DNA of 64,000 bases from Actinomycetota bacterium (GTDB taxonomy: Bacteria; Actinomycetota; Actinomycetes; Nanopelagicales; Nanopelagicaceae). A program made the translations under genes and the position numbers. This document shows, one piece after another, positions 9,040 to 18,718 of this stretch; position 1 is the first letter of the stretch; the number at the start of each line of letters is the position of its first letter. Where the stretch lies: the NCBI GenBank assembly GCA_005800815.1, contig SYEK01000013.1, positions 19 through 64,018 on the forward strand, in the 5' to 3' direction. The notes below the pieces were generated by a model that did not search any database, had not been told where the DNA came from, and saw nothing but the letters and a program-made list of their open reading frames with translations.

Positions 9040-10146
9040 TCAGCTTGATTCCTCAGAAATAGGCTTCAGATTTGATTGCCAGTCTTTGATATAGCCAGAG
9101 ACGACTGGCTCGTAATAAGCACGAGTCTTCTCTTTTGACAATGCCATTGCTTGGAGATCTGCAAATGTCAATGCTGGTAGACCAAAAGGCTCTGTAACAG
9201 AAGTTGCAGTTACGATCTCAGTTCCCGCATCGACAAAACCTGGCTTATTGATTGCAATCTTATTACGGATGCTATCAACCAACATATACACTGGGAGATA
9301 ACCTTGAATAAATGGAGTTTGCCCTAGTGAAATGTGTGCAGTTCCATTGGCAAGTGCTTCAAGGTTTCCAGTTGTAAGGTCATAACCCCCACCAATTGCT
9401 TTGGTATTATTGGCTGCCTTGTTGACCTTTCCAATGCTCTCTACATCAGGTGCGCAAAGACCAACCATTGCAAGTGCATCTGCATTTGCAGCTAGAAGAC
9501 CCTGCCAAGCTGCAAAATTTGCTGCTGCATCAACCTTGACATCTGAAGGCCCGACTATTTTGACTCCAGCTGCCTTTGCAAGGCTTTCGAGAACGCCTTT
9601 TTGGCGGTTCTCAAGGACTGGAAATCCTGGAAAGCAATTACCAACAATTACTTTGCCTTGGGCACTAGGTCCACCAATTTTTTCAAGAACCATATCTCCC
9701 AAGATACGTCCTGATGCAACTGACTTCTCTCCTACATATGGGGCATTTACCCCTACACCAAGTCCATTGAATTGAACGATTGGCATTCCTGATTCAATAA
9801 TTTCGTTTAAACCATTGACCATTGAGGCAGAAGGCACTGAGGTTGCGATTCCATCAACTCCAGATGCAGCCATGTTTTGAACCGCAGTCAACTGGGCATC
9901 ACCCTCTGCACCTGCAGGACCCACAACCTTGATAGTCACGCCAAGGTCGGCCGCGGCCATCTCTGCACCATCGATTATCTGCTGAATAAATGGGTTACCA
10001 ATGACATGCACAACAAAGCCAATAGTGATGTCTTCTTTTGCTGCTTCTTCACTGCTACAAGCTGTGAGACTACTTCCGGTGATTATTAAGACAGCGGCAA
10101 GTGCAAACACTCGAAGCCGTCTGCTGTACTTTTTTATCATCTTCAT
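9040..10146 (-). CDS. Sugar ABC transporter substrate-binding lipoprotein (RbsB/PBP1 type)
   Basis: 368 aa. Signal peptide plus lipobox LTAC; PBP type-I pattern. Confidence 0.8.
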   Translation of the reverse strand: MKMIKKYSRRLRVFALAAVLIITGSSLTACSSEEAAKEDITIGFVVHVIGNPFIQQIIDGAEMAAADLGVTIKVVGPAGAEGDAQLTAVQNMAASGVDGIATSVPSASMVNGLNEIIESGMPIVQFNGLGVGVNAPYVGEKSVASGRILGDMVLEKIGGPSAQGKVIVGNCFPGFPVLENRQKGVLESLAKAAGVKIVGPSDVKVDAAANFAAWQGLLAANADALAMVGLCAPDVESIGKVNKAANNTKAIGGGYDLTTGNLEALANGTAHISLGQTPFIQGYLPVYMLVDSIRNKIAINKPGFVDAGTEIVTATSVTEPFGLPALTFADLQAMALSKEKTRAYYEPVVSGYIKDWQSNLKPISEESS

Positions 10147-10197
10147 ATCCTCTCAATTTTCAACAATTATCCCGGTTGGATATAGTTGAAACCTTTT

Positions 10198-11187
10198 TTA
10201 ACTTACTCGTTTTTTTCGAACTCGAACAATTTGATCTACACCAATTGCAAATAAAATCACGAGTCCAGTCACCAGAGTTCCCCACACGGCATTGATACCG
10301 ATAAAAACAACTCCCACGCCAATAGCTCCAACAATCATTGCGCCATATAGTGAGCCCCACACTGTTCCGGCTCCACCCGAGAGAGGAGTTCCACCAATTA
10401 TCGCTGCAGCCACAACAGGCAAGAGTAATTGTCCGCCTGTAGAAGGATCAACTGCACCACGAAAGCCTAGAAAGAGAACCCCACCTACACCAGAGACTGC
10501 ACCCATAAGTGCACACACTTGAATCTTAATTTTCTTTGTTGGAATACCTGCAAGACGTGCTGCCTCTGGATTACTTCCAATTGCAAGTATGCGATATCCA
10601 AATCGTGTCTTATGAAGAGTCAAATGAAGAATAAAGAAAGCCACTATAACAATGATCAAAATAATTGGGACGGGTGAATCAATATCCCCACCAAGCGCAC
10701 GGAAAAAAAGATGTCCTGTAATTTTCTCATCTGTGGGGACGACCGACCCAGATTTATTGGAGATAAGTGATATCCCTTGAAAGACAGAGGCAGTACCTAG
10801 GGTGATGATGATGAGCGGTAATCGCATCACTACAGTCAAAAGACCGTTGAGAGCCCCCATTATCGTGCCTGCCCCTATCCCTAACATAACCGATATCCAG
10901 ATAGGCACTCCAGCAATCATTGCAAGTCCTGCAAGGACTGCAGATAAGTTAAGGATCCATCCAAATGAGAGGTCAATCTCACCCATAGACAGCAGGAAGA
11001 CGATACAGCCGGCAAGCAAGGCTGTTATCGCATAGCTCGCACCAAGATTAAGTAAATTTGTTGGTTTAAGAAAGGTTGGGCGAAGAGCACCAATGATTCC
11101 GATTAGAACGATGAGTGCGACTACAACGCTTGTCTCTTCTGGCAACTTGAAACGCTTTTTTCTGCTGCCTTTAGCTACCGAAGACAA
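10198..11187 (-). CDS. Sugar ABC transporter permease (RbsC/AraH type)
   Basis: 329 aa, polytopic. Typical RbsC-like sequence (GEIDLS..., GGTPLSGG). Confidence 0.85.
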   Translation of the reverse strand: MSSVAKGSRKKRFKLPEETSVVVALIVLIGIIGALRPTFLKPTNLLNLGASYAITALLAGCIVFLLSMGEIDLSFGWILNLSAVLAGLAMIAGVPIWISVMLGIGAGTIMGALNGLLTVVMRLPLIIITLGTASVFQGISLISNKSGSVVPTDEKITGHLFFRALGGDIDSPVPIILIIVIVAFFILHLTLHKTRFGYRILAIGSNPEAARLAGIPTKKIKIQVCALMGAVSGVGGVLFLGFRGAVDPSTGGQLLLPVVAAAIIGGTPLSGGAGTVWGSLYGAMIVGAIGVGVVFIGINAVWGTLVTGLVILFAIGVDQIVRVRKKRVS

Positions 11188-11377
11188 TGATGAGCTCCTA
11201 ACAGAGGCTGGAAATGATTCCAGGAATCACTAGTCAAATCTCCTTTCCGATGAATGTCAAGACCCCCTGGTAACTACTTCCACAGTCTGCCTGAGGCGAA
11301 TGCAGCTATGAAAATCCGCGGTAGGACAGTGAGGCGGGGTTAGGGTGGGTTCTCACTGCGGAAAAATCCAAGGAGGG

Positions 11378-12511
11378 CTAAAACCTCTGACGATACTTAT
11401 CGATAACCTCATCTACTATCTCGATTCCAAGACCCGGCTTATTAACTGGCGGATAGACCCAGCCCTGAGAATGAGTAAATGGCTCGGTAATGAGATCGTT
11501 TTGCATGGGATTGGGCAGTGGCTTGAACTCAAAGAGCCTAAATGCCGAGCTACTAAAAGAGACCGCAAGGCTTGCCGCTGAGATGATTGCTGATGACCAC
11601 GCATGGGCATTAGCAGTTCTCTTGTAAGCCTCCACTCGACCAACCACTCTCTTAAAGCCAGTAATTCCCTCTGCACGACCAGGGTCGATTCCAAAGACGT
11701 CGCATGTTCCAGTCTTAAGAATCTCTTCAAAACCAGCTTCTTGCCATTCTCTTTCACCGTAGGCAATAGAAGTCTTAGTTTTTGCTCGAAGATCTGCATA
11801 GCCTTGAGGATTCCAAGCGCCAAGAGGCTCCTCAATCCAATCAATATTGTAATCATCAAATGCTTGAACACGCTTTATAGCAGTTGCAATATTCCATTTT
11901 ATCGCATACCCAAGGTCAATCATGATCATTTTCTCTTCACCGAGAGTCTCACGCATGGTTTTTACGTAACTGACGTCCCGGTTGTGCTCGTAACCAAGAT
12001 GCGCATCGCCTCGCTTGCCAAAGCCAACTTTCATTCCCTGCAAACCTTGATCCATCCAAGTCTTAGCCTCTTCTGCCATTTTCAAAATGTCAGAATCATG
12101 TGCATGTCCCGAGGCAATAGCAGGGAGTCGATCATGTACTGCACCTCCAAGAAGTTCCAAGACGCTTGTATTAAGAGCTTTACCTTTTAGATCCCAAAGT
12201 GCGATATCGATTGCTGAGATAGCATAAGAAGCAATACCACCTCGGTATCCGTACCACCACGCACGCTCTTTGAGTGAGTGCCAGATTGCAATATTGTTAA
12301 TCGGATTTTTGCCAATTAAGTAGTCCTCAGCCAGTCCTGCGATTAAAGCCGCTACTGGAGCGTTTGCCTCTCTAAATTGGGTTATTGATTCACCCCAACC
12401 TACAAGACCATCATCCGTTGTAATCTTTACCAGGCACAGATATCGCTCGGCATTAAAATCATTTGGCTCTGGATAGGCCACAGGAATAGGTTCGACCTTG
12501 ATAATTTTCAT
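11378..12511 (-). CDS. Enolase-superfamily (mandelate racemase/muconate lactonizing) acid-sugar dehydratase
   Basis: 377 aa. AIDIALWDLKGK, and metal-ligand contexts MIDLG, IEEPL and YGERE. Confidence 0.85.
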   Translation of the reverse strand: MKIIKVEPIPVAYPEPNDFNAERYLCLVKITTDDGLVGWGESITQFREANAPVAALIAGLAEDYLIGKNPINNIAIWHSLKERAWWYGYRGGIASYAISAIDIALWDLKGKALNTSVLELLGGAVHDRLPAIASGHAHDSDILKMAEEAKTWMDQGLQGMKVGFGKRGDAHLGYEHNRDVSYVKTMRETLGEEKMIMIDLGYAIKWNIATAIKRVQAFDDYNIDWIEEPLGAWNPQGYADLRAKTKTSIAYGEREWQEAGFEEILKTGTCDVFGIDPGRAEGITGFKRVVGRVEAYKRTANAHAWSSAIISAASLAVSFSSSAFRLFEFKPLPNPMQNDLITEPFTHSQGWVYPPVNKPGLGIEIVDEVIDKYRQRF

Positions 12512-12541
12512 AGAAATTGTCCCTTCATAGAAATTGTCCCT
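12508..12541 (-). repeat. Perfect 17-bp tandem duplication covering the RBS and start codon of the dehydratase gene
   Basis: tcatagaaattgtccct occurs twice (12508-12524, 12525-12541). On the coding strand this reads AGGGACAATTTCTATGA twice, which creates a 6-codon uORF (MKGQFL) whose TGA overlaps the real ATG. Confidence 0.9.
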
Positions 12542-12657
12542 AACTTAGCCATGTCTCAGAGATGACTAAGTTTTTTTATATCATTCTAACTCCGAAAACT
12601 ACCCATTAACACTAAAAATGAGTATTTCTTAATCACACGCCTAAAACCAATTTTAAG

Positions 12658-13422
12658 CTAATACATCAACTGTCCACCAGATACGTTAGCGACTGTTCCA
12701 GTGACAAAACTGGATGCTTGTGATGCAAGAAAAATGACAGGACCCACCATCTCTTCTGGCGTCGCAAGTCGTCCTAACGGAATCATTGAGACAAAAGATG
12801 CGAGCTGCTCGGCAGATTGGTTGCCAGTCATCATCAGGGTGTCTACACCACCTGGTGAGACGGCATTGACTCGAATCCCATCAGGAGCAAATGAACGAGC
12901 AAGGCCTTTTGTCATAGAGACGACACCGCCCTTGCTACCTGCATACACGACTGAGCCACCAAAGCCACCCGTCCACCAACCTTGAGAGGAGAAGTTAACA
13001 ATCGAGCCTTTCGTTCCATTCTTTTTGAAATGATCGCGTGCTGTACGATTCAAGAAAAAAGTTGCCTTCATATTGACATCAATCTGAACATCCCAATCCT
13101 CTTCTGTCACCTCATCCACAGTTGAACGGCGGCGAAGAACTGCAGCACAATGAGCAAGTGCAACAACTTCTGCCGCTTCTGCTGCTTTCTTAAATATCTC
13201 GTGTTGATTAGAAAAATTTAAAAGGTCAAAAGGAAAAATTTTATGACCTGATCCACTTAATGTCGCCAAAGTCTGTTCCAGAGGCGCACTCGGTGTATCA
13301 ACAAGGAGAACCTTAGAGCCAGCTTCGGCAAAGCCGCGTGCAACCGCGCTACCAATCCCCCCCGCCCCTCCCGTGACAACGACAGACTTTCCAATTAAAC
13401 CTGAATCGTTTCGCCAATTCAT
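12658..13422 (-). CDS. SDR family oxidoreductase
   Basis: 254 aa with TGGAGGIG and YAGSK motifs. Confidence 0.85.
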   Translation of the reverse strand: MNWRNDSGLIGKSVVVTGGAGGIGSAVARGFAEAGSKVLLVDTPSAPLEQTLATLSGSGHKIFPFDLLNFSNQHEIFKKAAEAAEVVALAHCAAVLRRRSTVDEVTEEDWDVQIDVNMKATFFLNRTARDHFKKNGTKGSIVNFSSQGWWTGGFGGSVVYAGSKGGVVSMTKGLARSFAPDGIRVNAVSPGGVDTLMMTGNQSAEQLASFVSMIPLGRLATPEEMVGPVIFLASQASSFVTGTVANVSGGQLMY

Positions 13423-13555
13423 TTTTACACCTTACTCTTAAGAAGGACTATTTCTCTTTATATTAGGGTAAAATCTGGGAATAGTAAAACTTTTTGGGGA
13501 AAATAATAGATAAGTAAAAATTAGGCACAAAAAAATTATTCTTTTTGCGCTACTT

Positions 13556-14791
13556 TTATGTCGATTTTAGGAGTTTCTCAAGCTGTGACCAACCAATTTC
13601 ATCTATTTTCCCTTGGACAATCTCGTGAGCTAATTGGGCAATTATCTCCCACTCGCTGCCAACCATCGCACTCCACTTTCTTTGACGCCAACTAATTTCA
13701 GTAGACTTAAATAGTTCTAGTCCAGGGGCATCTGATATATAGAGCTCAAAATCTCCCTTTGTTGTAGATCCAGTGATACGAGTACTGCCAAGAGGTATGT
13801 CACTGCCTACGACCGTTACAAATTTTTCAAATTCCGGCGCTGGAGTAAGAATCATGGGATCTTTTGAGGCCCAAGCAGCAGCAGAGTTTAACTGAAGATT
13901 CCACCAACGATCTCTACTTGAATCGCTTAGTATTGGATAGACCCCAGCATTTGTTTCAACTGTAAGATTTTTCAATAAACCCGAATTTTCCTTAGATAAT
14001 TGGCTCACACCAAGTAGTGCGCTTTGGATAAAACCAGAAGCCGGAAATGTTCGGACTCGGACTGATTGGATGCCATTCTTAATGAGTTGATTCTCAGTAA
14101 TAACAGCTTCAATATCAAAAATCTCAATGAGACCCCGACTACCTGTCCACAAATTTGTAACTGTTGGAATATTTTCAAAGGCACCTGCCGCTGCTATCAA
14201 TCCAAGGGTGGCGGCAGAGGCACGATTAAATCGAGGCTTTCCTTGAAGCTCAAGAGAAACCTGTCCAATTCCACCCATATTTGCTCCAGCCAGGTGAAAA
14301 GCATGCCTCGTTTTTGTTTTATCTAATCCAATACCTGCCGCCGCCGCTGCCGCCGCTCCAAAAGTTCCTGCTGTTGCAGTTATGTGCCAGCGTTTTCTGT
14401 GGCTTGCTCCAAAAAAATGAGCAATAGAGGCGCTTGCTCTCATACCTGCCAGAGCAGATACCAGAAAATTTGGTCTAAACCTAGAATAAGAAATTAAGGT
14501 CGCCAGACTTGCGGCAAAAACTACAGAACCAGGATGATTCACCGCCGACCAATCAAGATCATCCTTATCCTCGAAGGCAGACTGGCTGGCAAGTCTTGCG
14601 GCCAATCCCACTGCCCCATCATGTGCAAGAAGAGATTGTGAATTTGATTTGAAATTGGCACTAAGAACGCAAATTATAAAATCAGAGAGTAAGACTTCGA
14701 GGCGATTCAAGATATCCTCAGAATAATCGAGAGTAGAGAAATCACTCAATTTCTCAATTAATTCATTTGCTAACTCTTCTTTTTTTACCAT
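13556..14791 (-). CDS. MmgE/PrpD family protein
   Basis: 411 aa. Family-typical N-terminal helix region and alanine-rich core (GAAAAAAAGIG). The specific function cannot be called. Confidence 0.7.
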   Translation of the reverse strand: MVKKEELANELIEKLSDFSTLDYSEDILNRLEVLLSDFIICVLSANFKSNSQSLLAHDGAVGLAARLASQSAFEDKDDLDWSAVNHPGSVVFAASLATLISYSRFRPNFLVSALAGMRASASIAHFFGASHRKRWHITATAGTFGAAAAAAAGIGLDKTKTRHAFHLAGANMGGIGQVSLELQGKPRFNRASAATLGLIAAAGAFENIPTVTNLWTGSRGLIEIFDIEAVITENQLIKNGIQSVRVRTFPASGFIQSALLGVSQLSKENSGLLKNLTVETNAGVYPILSDSSRDRWWNLQLNSAAAWASKDPMILTPAPEFEKFVTVVGSDIPLGSTRITGSTTKGDFELYISDAPGLELFKSTEISWRQRKWSAMVGSEWEIIAQLAHEIVQGKIDEIGWSQLEKLLKST

Positions 14792-15037
14792 CTTGGTGAG
14801 ACCCTAACTCTCGTTGCCTCGGATCTAATAGGAACACTAATCACCTGAGTGCCCATGAGATAAATCTAAGGCAAGATTCTCTGGAGGTGAAATCTAACAC
14901 GAAATCTCTATATCACTTCAGGGCATAAACTATCCGTACTGGAAAGCACCGTGTTATGAGGCGGATAATCCCTGAAAATGAGTGTACAAAATCTTAAAAA
15001 GGAGGGGTAAAGTGAGAGAAACGACCAAAGGAGTGAA

Positions 15038-15790
15038 ATGCAGAAAACTGAAGACTTGAAAAAAAAGAAGAGTGCAATCATAACTGGGGCTTCTCGTGGG
15101 ATTGGCTTTAGTATAGCGATGCGACTGGCGCAAGAAGGTTTTAGATGTGCGATTATTGGAAGAGAGCGGTCAAAAATCGAGCAAGCAGCGAAAGAAATTT
15201 TCGCTTCCACTAATTCTGATGTACTACCACTAGTTGCCGATGTGTCGGAATGGCTCGAGTGCGAGAATGCCGCTAAAAGTGTTTTGCATGAGTTTGGTTC
15301 TATCGACGTTTTAGTGCCTAACGCTGGAATTGGAATAATTGGTTCAGTTGAGGAGGCGAACCCTTTAGACTGGGCGAGAATGATTCAAATAAATTATTTA
15401 GGTACTGCTCATATTATTAAAGCGGTTCTACCAGTGATGAAAAGACAGGGTGAAGGAGACATCATTGCAATAGTTTCAGCTGGTGCTACAAAAGGATACC
15501 CGGAATGGTCTGGTTATTGCGCAGCAAAGTGGGCTGTAATGGGCTTTATGGATAGTTTTGCGCAAGAAGTTATCTCGCAAGGGATTCGCGTTACGACTTT
15601 GTGCCCTGGTGGCGTGGACACATCTTTTTGGGATGATCTCAATAAAGAAATAAATAGGACAGGCTCAGAGGGAAGGAGTAAGTTGATGGCCCCAGCAGAT
15701 GTTGCAGAGCTGGTCGCTCTTCAGATCAACTTGCCTAGGAACGTAATGTTGAAATCTGCATTGTTTTTTCCTACTAACGAGTGGCACTAA
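15038..15790 (+). CDS. SDR family oxidoreductase
   Basis: 250 aa with TGASRGIG and YCAAK motifs. Confidence 0.85.
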   Translation: MQKTEDLKKKKSAIITGASRGIGFSIAMRLAQEGFRCAIIGRERSKIEQAAKEIFASTNSDVLPLVADVSEWLECENAAKSVLHEFGSIDVLVPNAGIGIIGSVEEANPLDWARMIQINYLGTAHIIKAVLPVMKRQGEGDIIAIVSAGATKGYPEWSGYCAAKWAVMGFMDSFAQEVISQGIRVTTLCPGGVDTSFWDDLNKEINRTGSEGRSKLMAPADVAELVALQINLPRNVMLKSALFFPTNEWH

Positions 15791-15992
15791 TCAGGTACTT
15801 TTTCGATATTATCAGATCAAAAAGTAATTTATACCTGACTTTTGATATTTTTATCTCTTGATATTAAGGACTATTGGATGATAACCTTGTCCTAATCAAG
15901 AATTTTTTTTAAAGGCTATTACTAAAATAAGAAATTGACTTCTTAATCAAGATCTGTTCGAGCTTGTGTCTTATTTAGAAAGAGAATTTTAT

Positions 15993-16820
15993 ATGAGCGA
16001 TGTTGCCGTAGTAACTGGTGGGGCATCGGGTATCGGTCGTGCTATCGCAACTAAGTTGGCTGAGAACCATATTGTTATACTCATTGATATCAATCCTGAT
16101 GGACTTCAAGAAGTAGAGAAGGATGTTGCAAACAAAGGGGGTGAGATTATTAGCGTACTTGGAGATGTCTCATCTCGGCAAACGCATGTGAGAGCACGAG
16201 CAATAGCTGAAGAAAAAGGTAGACTGATTGCTTGGGTAAATTGTGCTGGACTCACGCGAGAAGCCCCTCTGCATGATTTTCCAAACGATTCAATATTCAT
16301 GGAAAATATAATTGGGATTAATCAAGTGGGCTCTTTGTGGGGCTGCGCCGAAGCGGTTGCATCTTTCACTGCAGGAAAGGTCCCGGGATCAATTGTAAAT
16401 ATTTCATCCGTGCATGGACGCCGAGCATGGCGCGGTCACGCGGTCTATGAGATGACAAAAAGTGCAGTTGATGCACTTACGAGAAATATCGCGGTTACAT
16501 ACGGACCATATGGAATTCGTGCAAACGCTGTGGCTCCAGGGGCAGTATTGACTCCAGCGTTGAAGCAGGCTTTTCTTGATGCTACAGATCCACATGAGCG
16601 CAGGGAGGTATTAGAGCGATTGACACCTCTAAAAAGATTAGCCGAACCAAGCGAAATTGCAGAAGTAGTTGTTTTTTTACTCTCACCCAAGGCCTCTTAT
16701 GTATCTGGACAAAGCATAGGAGTTGAAGGAGGCTGGACTTCAGCACTAGGCGTGGGCGACTTAGATACTGATCTTGCAAAGAGATATGGATTAAGGCCTG
16801 AGAATGGTCTGCCTATTTAA
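15993..16820 (+). CDS. SDR family oxidoreductase
   Basis: ORF 15966..16820. The likely start is the ATG at 15993 (MSDVAVVTGGASGIG). YEMTK catalytic motif. Confidence 0.8.
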   Translation: MSDVAVVTGGASGIGRAIATKLAENHIVILIDINPDGLQEVEKDVANKGGEIISVLGDVSSRQTHVRARAIAEEKGRLIAWVNCAGLTREAPLHDFPNDSIFMENIIGINQVGSLWGCAEAVASFTAGKVPGSIVNISSVHGRRAWRGHAVYEMTKSAVDALTRNIAVTYGPYGIRANAVAPGAVLTPALKQAFLDATDPHERREVLERLTPLKRLAEPSEIAEVVVFLLSPKASYVSGQSIGVEGGWTSALGVGDLDTDLAKRYGLRPENGLPI

Positions 16821-16855
16821 AGATTACAAAGTCAATACACTTTTGAAGTAAGATT

Positions 16856-17767
16856 TTGACCACTACAAGAAATGAGGCAATTATGACAACTTACGAGGCA
16901 ATTCCTATTCCGGATTCACTATGTGATTTGGGTGAGGGAACACTTTGGGATGAGAGAAGTAAATGCTTCGTTTGGGTGGATGTATTTGATGGGTTGGTCA
17001 AGACTTATGATCCCACAAGTGGTGACATTAAAGAGCATGTCTACAAATCGATGGTGACATATGTTGGTAAACGAGCCTCGGGTGGCTTTGTTTTGGCCTT
17101 GGGTGACTCAATTGCTCTCACAGACAGCAATTTCAAGATTCAACGAGAAATCCCATTGGGACTTGACCTTAAGGTAGTAAGAACCAATGATGGAAATATC
17201 GATCCATCTGGTTGTCTGTGGGTCGGTGGTGCAGAAAGTATTGAGGGAAGTGCAAGTGGTGATCTATTCAAGATTGATAAAAATTTCAATAAAAGTATTC
17301 ACCGAAAAAATATTCATATCGCTAATGGTATAGATTGGTCACTTGATGGGAAAATGATGTTTTATATTGATTCTGCGACACGAAAAATATCTCGCTATCA
17401 ATTCAATTCACAAACAAGTGAGATAGTAAGCGAATTGACCCCAATTGATGTTAGCGATGTAACCGGACTTCCAGATGGAATGTGCACCGATAGTCTAAGC
17501 AATATCTGGGTGGCTTTTTACGGATGTGGTCAAGTCCGCAACTACTCTCCTGATGGCGAGCTTCTCAACATTGTGCAGGCACCAACAGCCTTGACTACTT
17601 GTGCCTCATTTGGTGGAAAGGATTTAAAAACCCTGTTTATCACATCAGTGAAAGATTACCGAAGTCCAGAGTTTGCTTTTGATTCAAAAAATGACCCATA
17701 CGGTGGAATGTGTTTTGAAGTGGATCTACCCATTTCAGGCAAGTTGGATTTCTTTTTTAACGCCTGA
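16856..17767 (+). CDS. SMP-30/gluconolactonase/LRE family sugar lactonase
   Basis: 303 aa. LGEGTLWDE..., NDGNIDPSG, PDGMCTD beta-propeller lactonase motifs. Start uncertain (alternative ATG at 16883). Confidence 0.8.
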   Translation: MTTTRNEAIMTTYEAIPIPDSLCDLGEGTLWDERSKCFVWVDVFDGLVKTYDPTSGDIKEHVYKSMVTYVGKRASGGFVLALGDSIALTDSNFKIQREIPLGLDLKVVRTNDGNIDPSGCLWVGGAESIEGSASGDLFKIDKNFNKSIHRKNIHIANGIDWSLDGKMMFYIDSATRKISRYQFNSQTSEIVSELTPIDVSDVTGLPDGMCTDSLSNIWVAFYGCGQVRNYSPDGELLNIVQAPTALTTCASFGGKDLKTLFITSVKDYRSPEFAFDSKNDPYGGMCFEVDLPISGKLDFFFNA

Positions 17768-17874
17768 GCGAAAGAAATGACCTCTTTTTATACTCAAGCC
17801 ATACTACTGAACCAGTTGATGTGCTCCTTTGCAAAAATTCAAGACTCTCAGGCAAATCGGGTTTGGTCCATTCT

Positions 17875-18663
17875 ATGAGTAGGCCTATGCTTGAATCTAT
17901 GAATCTGACTGGAATGCATATCTTTGTGACAGGTGGTGCTCAAGGCATTGGAGCGGCAATCGTCAAGAGTGCCGCTGAATGTGGAGGGCGAGTAAGTTTT
18001 GGAGATATTAAAGATGATCTTGGCAAGGATTATGCAAGTTCGCTCAAGGAATCCGGCTTAGATGTCACATATGTCCACTGTGATGTCGGCAATCTTGAAA
18101 GCGTTGAACAAGCACATAAAGAGATTGTTACTCGCTACGGAATGGTAAATGGATTAGTCAATAATGCCGGCGTAAGTTCAAATGCCGATCCAGTAGAGAT
18201 GACTTCTGCAGAGTGGGATTATTTTTTCTCAATTGATCTGAAATCTGTTTGGCACACGGCTTGGTGTGTCCTCCCAGCAATGAGAGCAGTAAAAAAAGGT
18301 TCAATCGTCAATATCGCCTCTATTCATGCTCGAATGACATTCCCAAAATTTTTCCCATATGCTGCTGCAAAATCTGGTGTTATAGGACTGACTCGGAATT
18401 TAGCCCTTGATGAGGGTGAACATAACATCCGAACAAATGCAGTCTCCCCGGGATATACAATGACTCCGATACTTGCCGCATGGTTTGACTCAGTAATACC
18501 TGAGCAACAAAAACTTTCTTTAGATGCGCAACCACTCAAGCGCTTTGCTCATCCTTCTGAGATTGCTCAGGTCGTCACATTTTTATTGTCAGATGCTGCA
18601 AGTTTTGTAAACGGAGCAGATTGGATCGTTGATGGAGGATTACACGCTCGCTTTGCTAATTAG
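17875..18663 (+). CDS. SDR family oxidoreductase
   Basis: ORF 17821..18663 with TGGAQGIG and YAAAK motifs. The start is ambiguous among ATGs at 17875, 17887 and 17899. Confidence 0.8.
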   Translation: MSRPMLESMNLTGMHIFVTGGAQGIGAAIVKSAAECGGRVSFGDIKDDLGKDYASSLKESGLDVTYVHCDVGNLESVEQAHKEIVTRYGMVNGLVNNAGVSSNADPVEMTSAEWDYFFSIDLKSVWHTAWCVLPAMRAVKKGSIVNIASIHARMTFPKFFPYAAAKSGVIGLTRNLALDEGEHNIRTNAVSPGYTMTPILAAWFDSVIPEQQKLSLDAQPLKRFAHPSEIAQVVTFLLSDAASFVNGADWIVDGGLHARFAN

Positions 18664-18718
18664 AAAACTTAGTTTATAGATATTCTCGACTAATCAAGTA
18701 CCGGATAAATTCTGATTG

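Noticed and set aside
15791-15855. Imperfect hairpin TCAGGTACTTTTT...AAAAAGTAATTTATACCTGA followed by a T-rich tract after the SDR at 15038..15790, as an intrinsic terminator
   Set aside because: The stem is AT-rich with a 7-nt internal bulge, so its predicted stability is low. Without folding energies or 3'-end data I do not list it as a feature.
15893-18698. Recurrent [CT]TAATCAAG motif in intergenic spacers of the sugar cluster (15893-15900, 15944-15951, 18691-18698) as a possible operator
   Set aside because: The same 9-mer also occurs inside a coding region (16318-16326). The DNA is AT-rich, so chance recurrence is plausible, and the cluster encodes no regulator.
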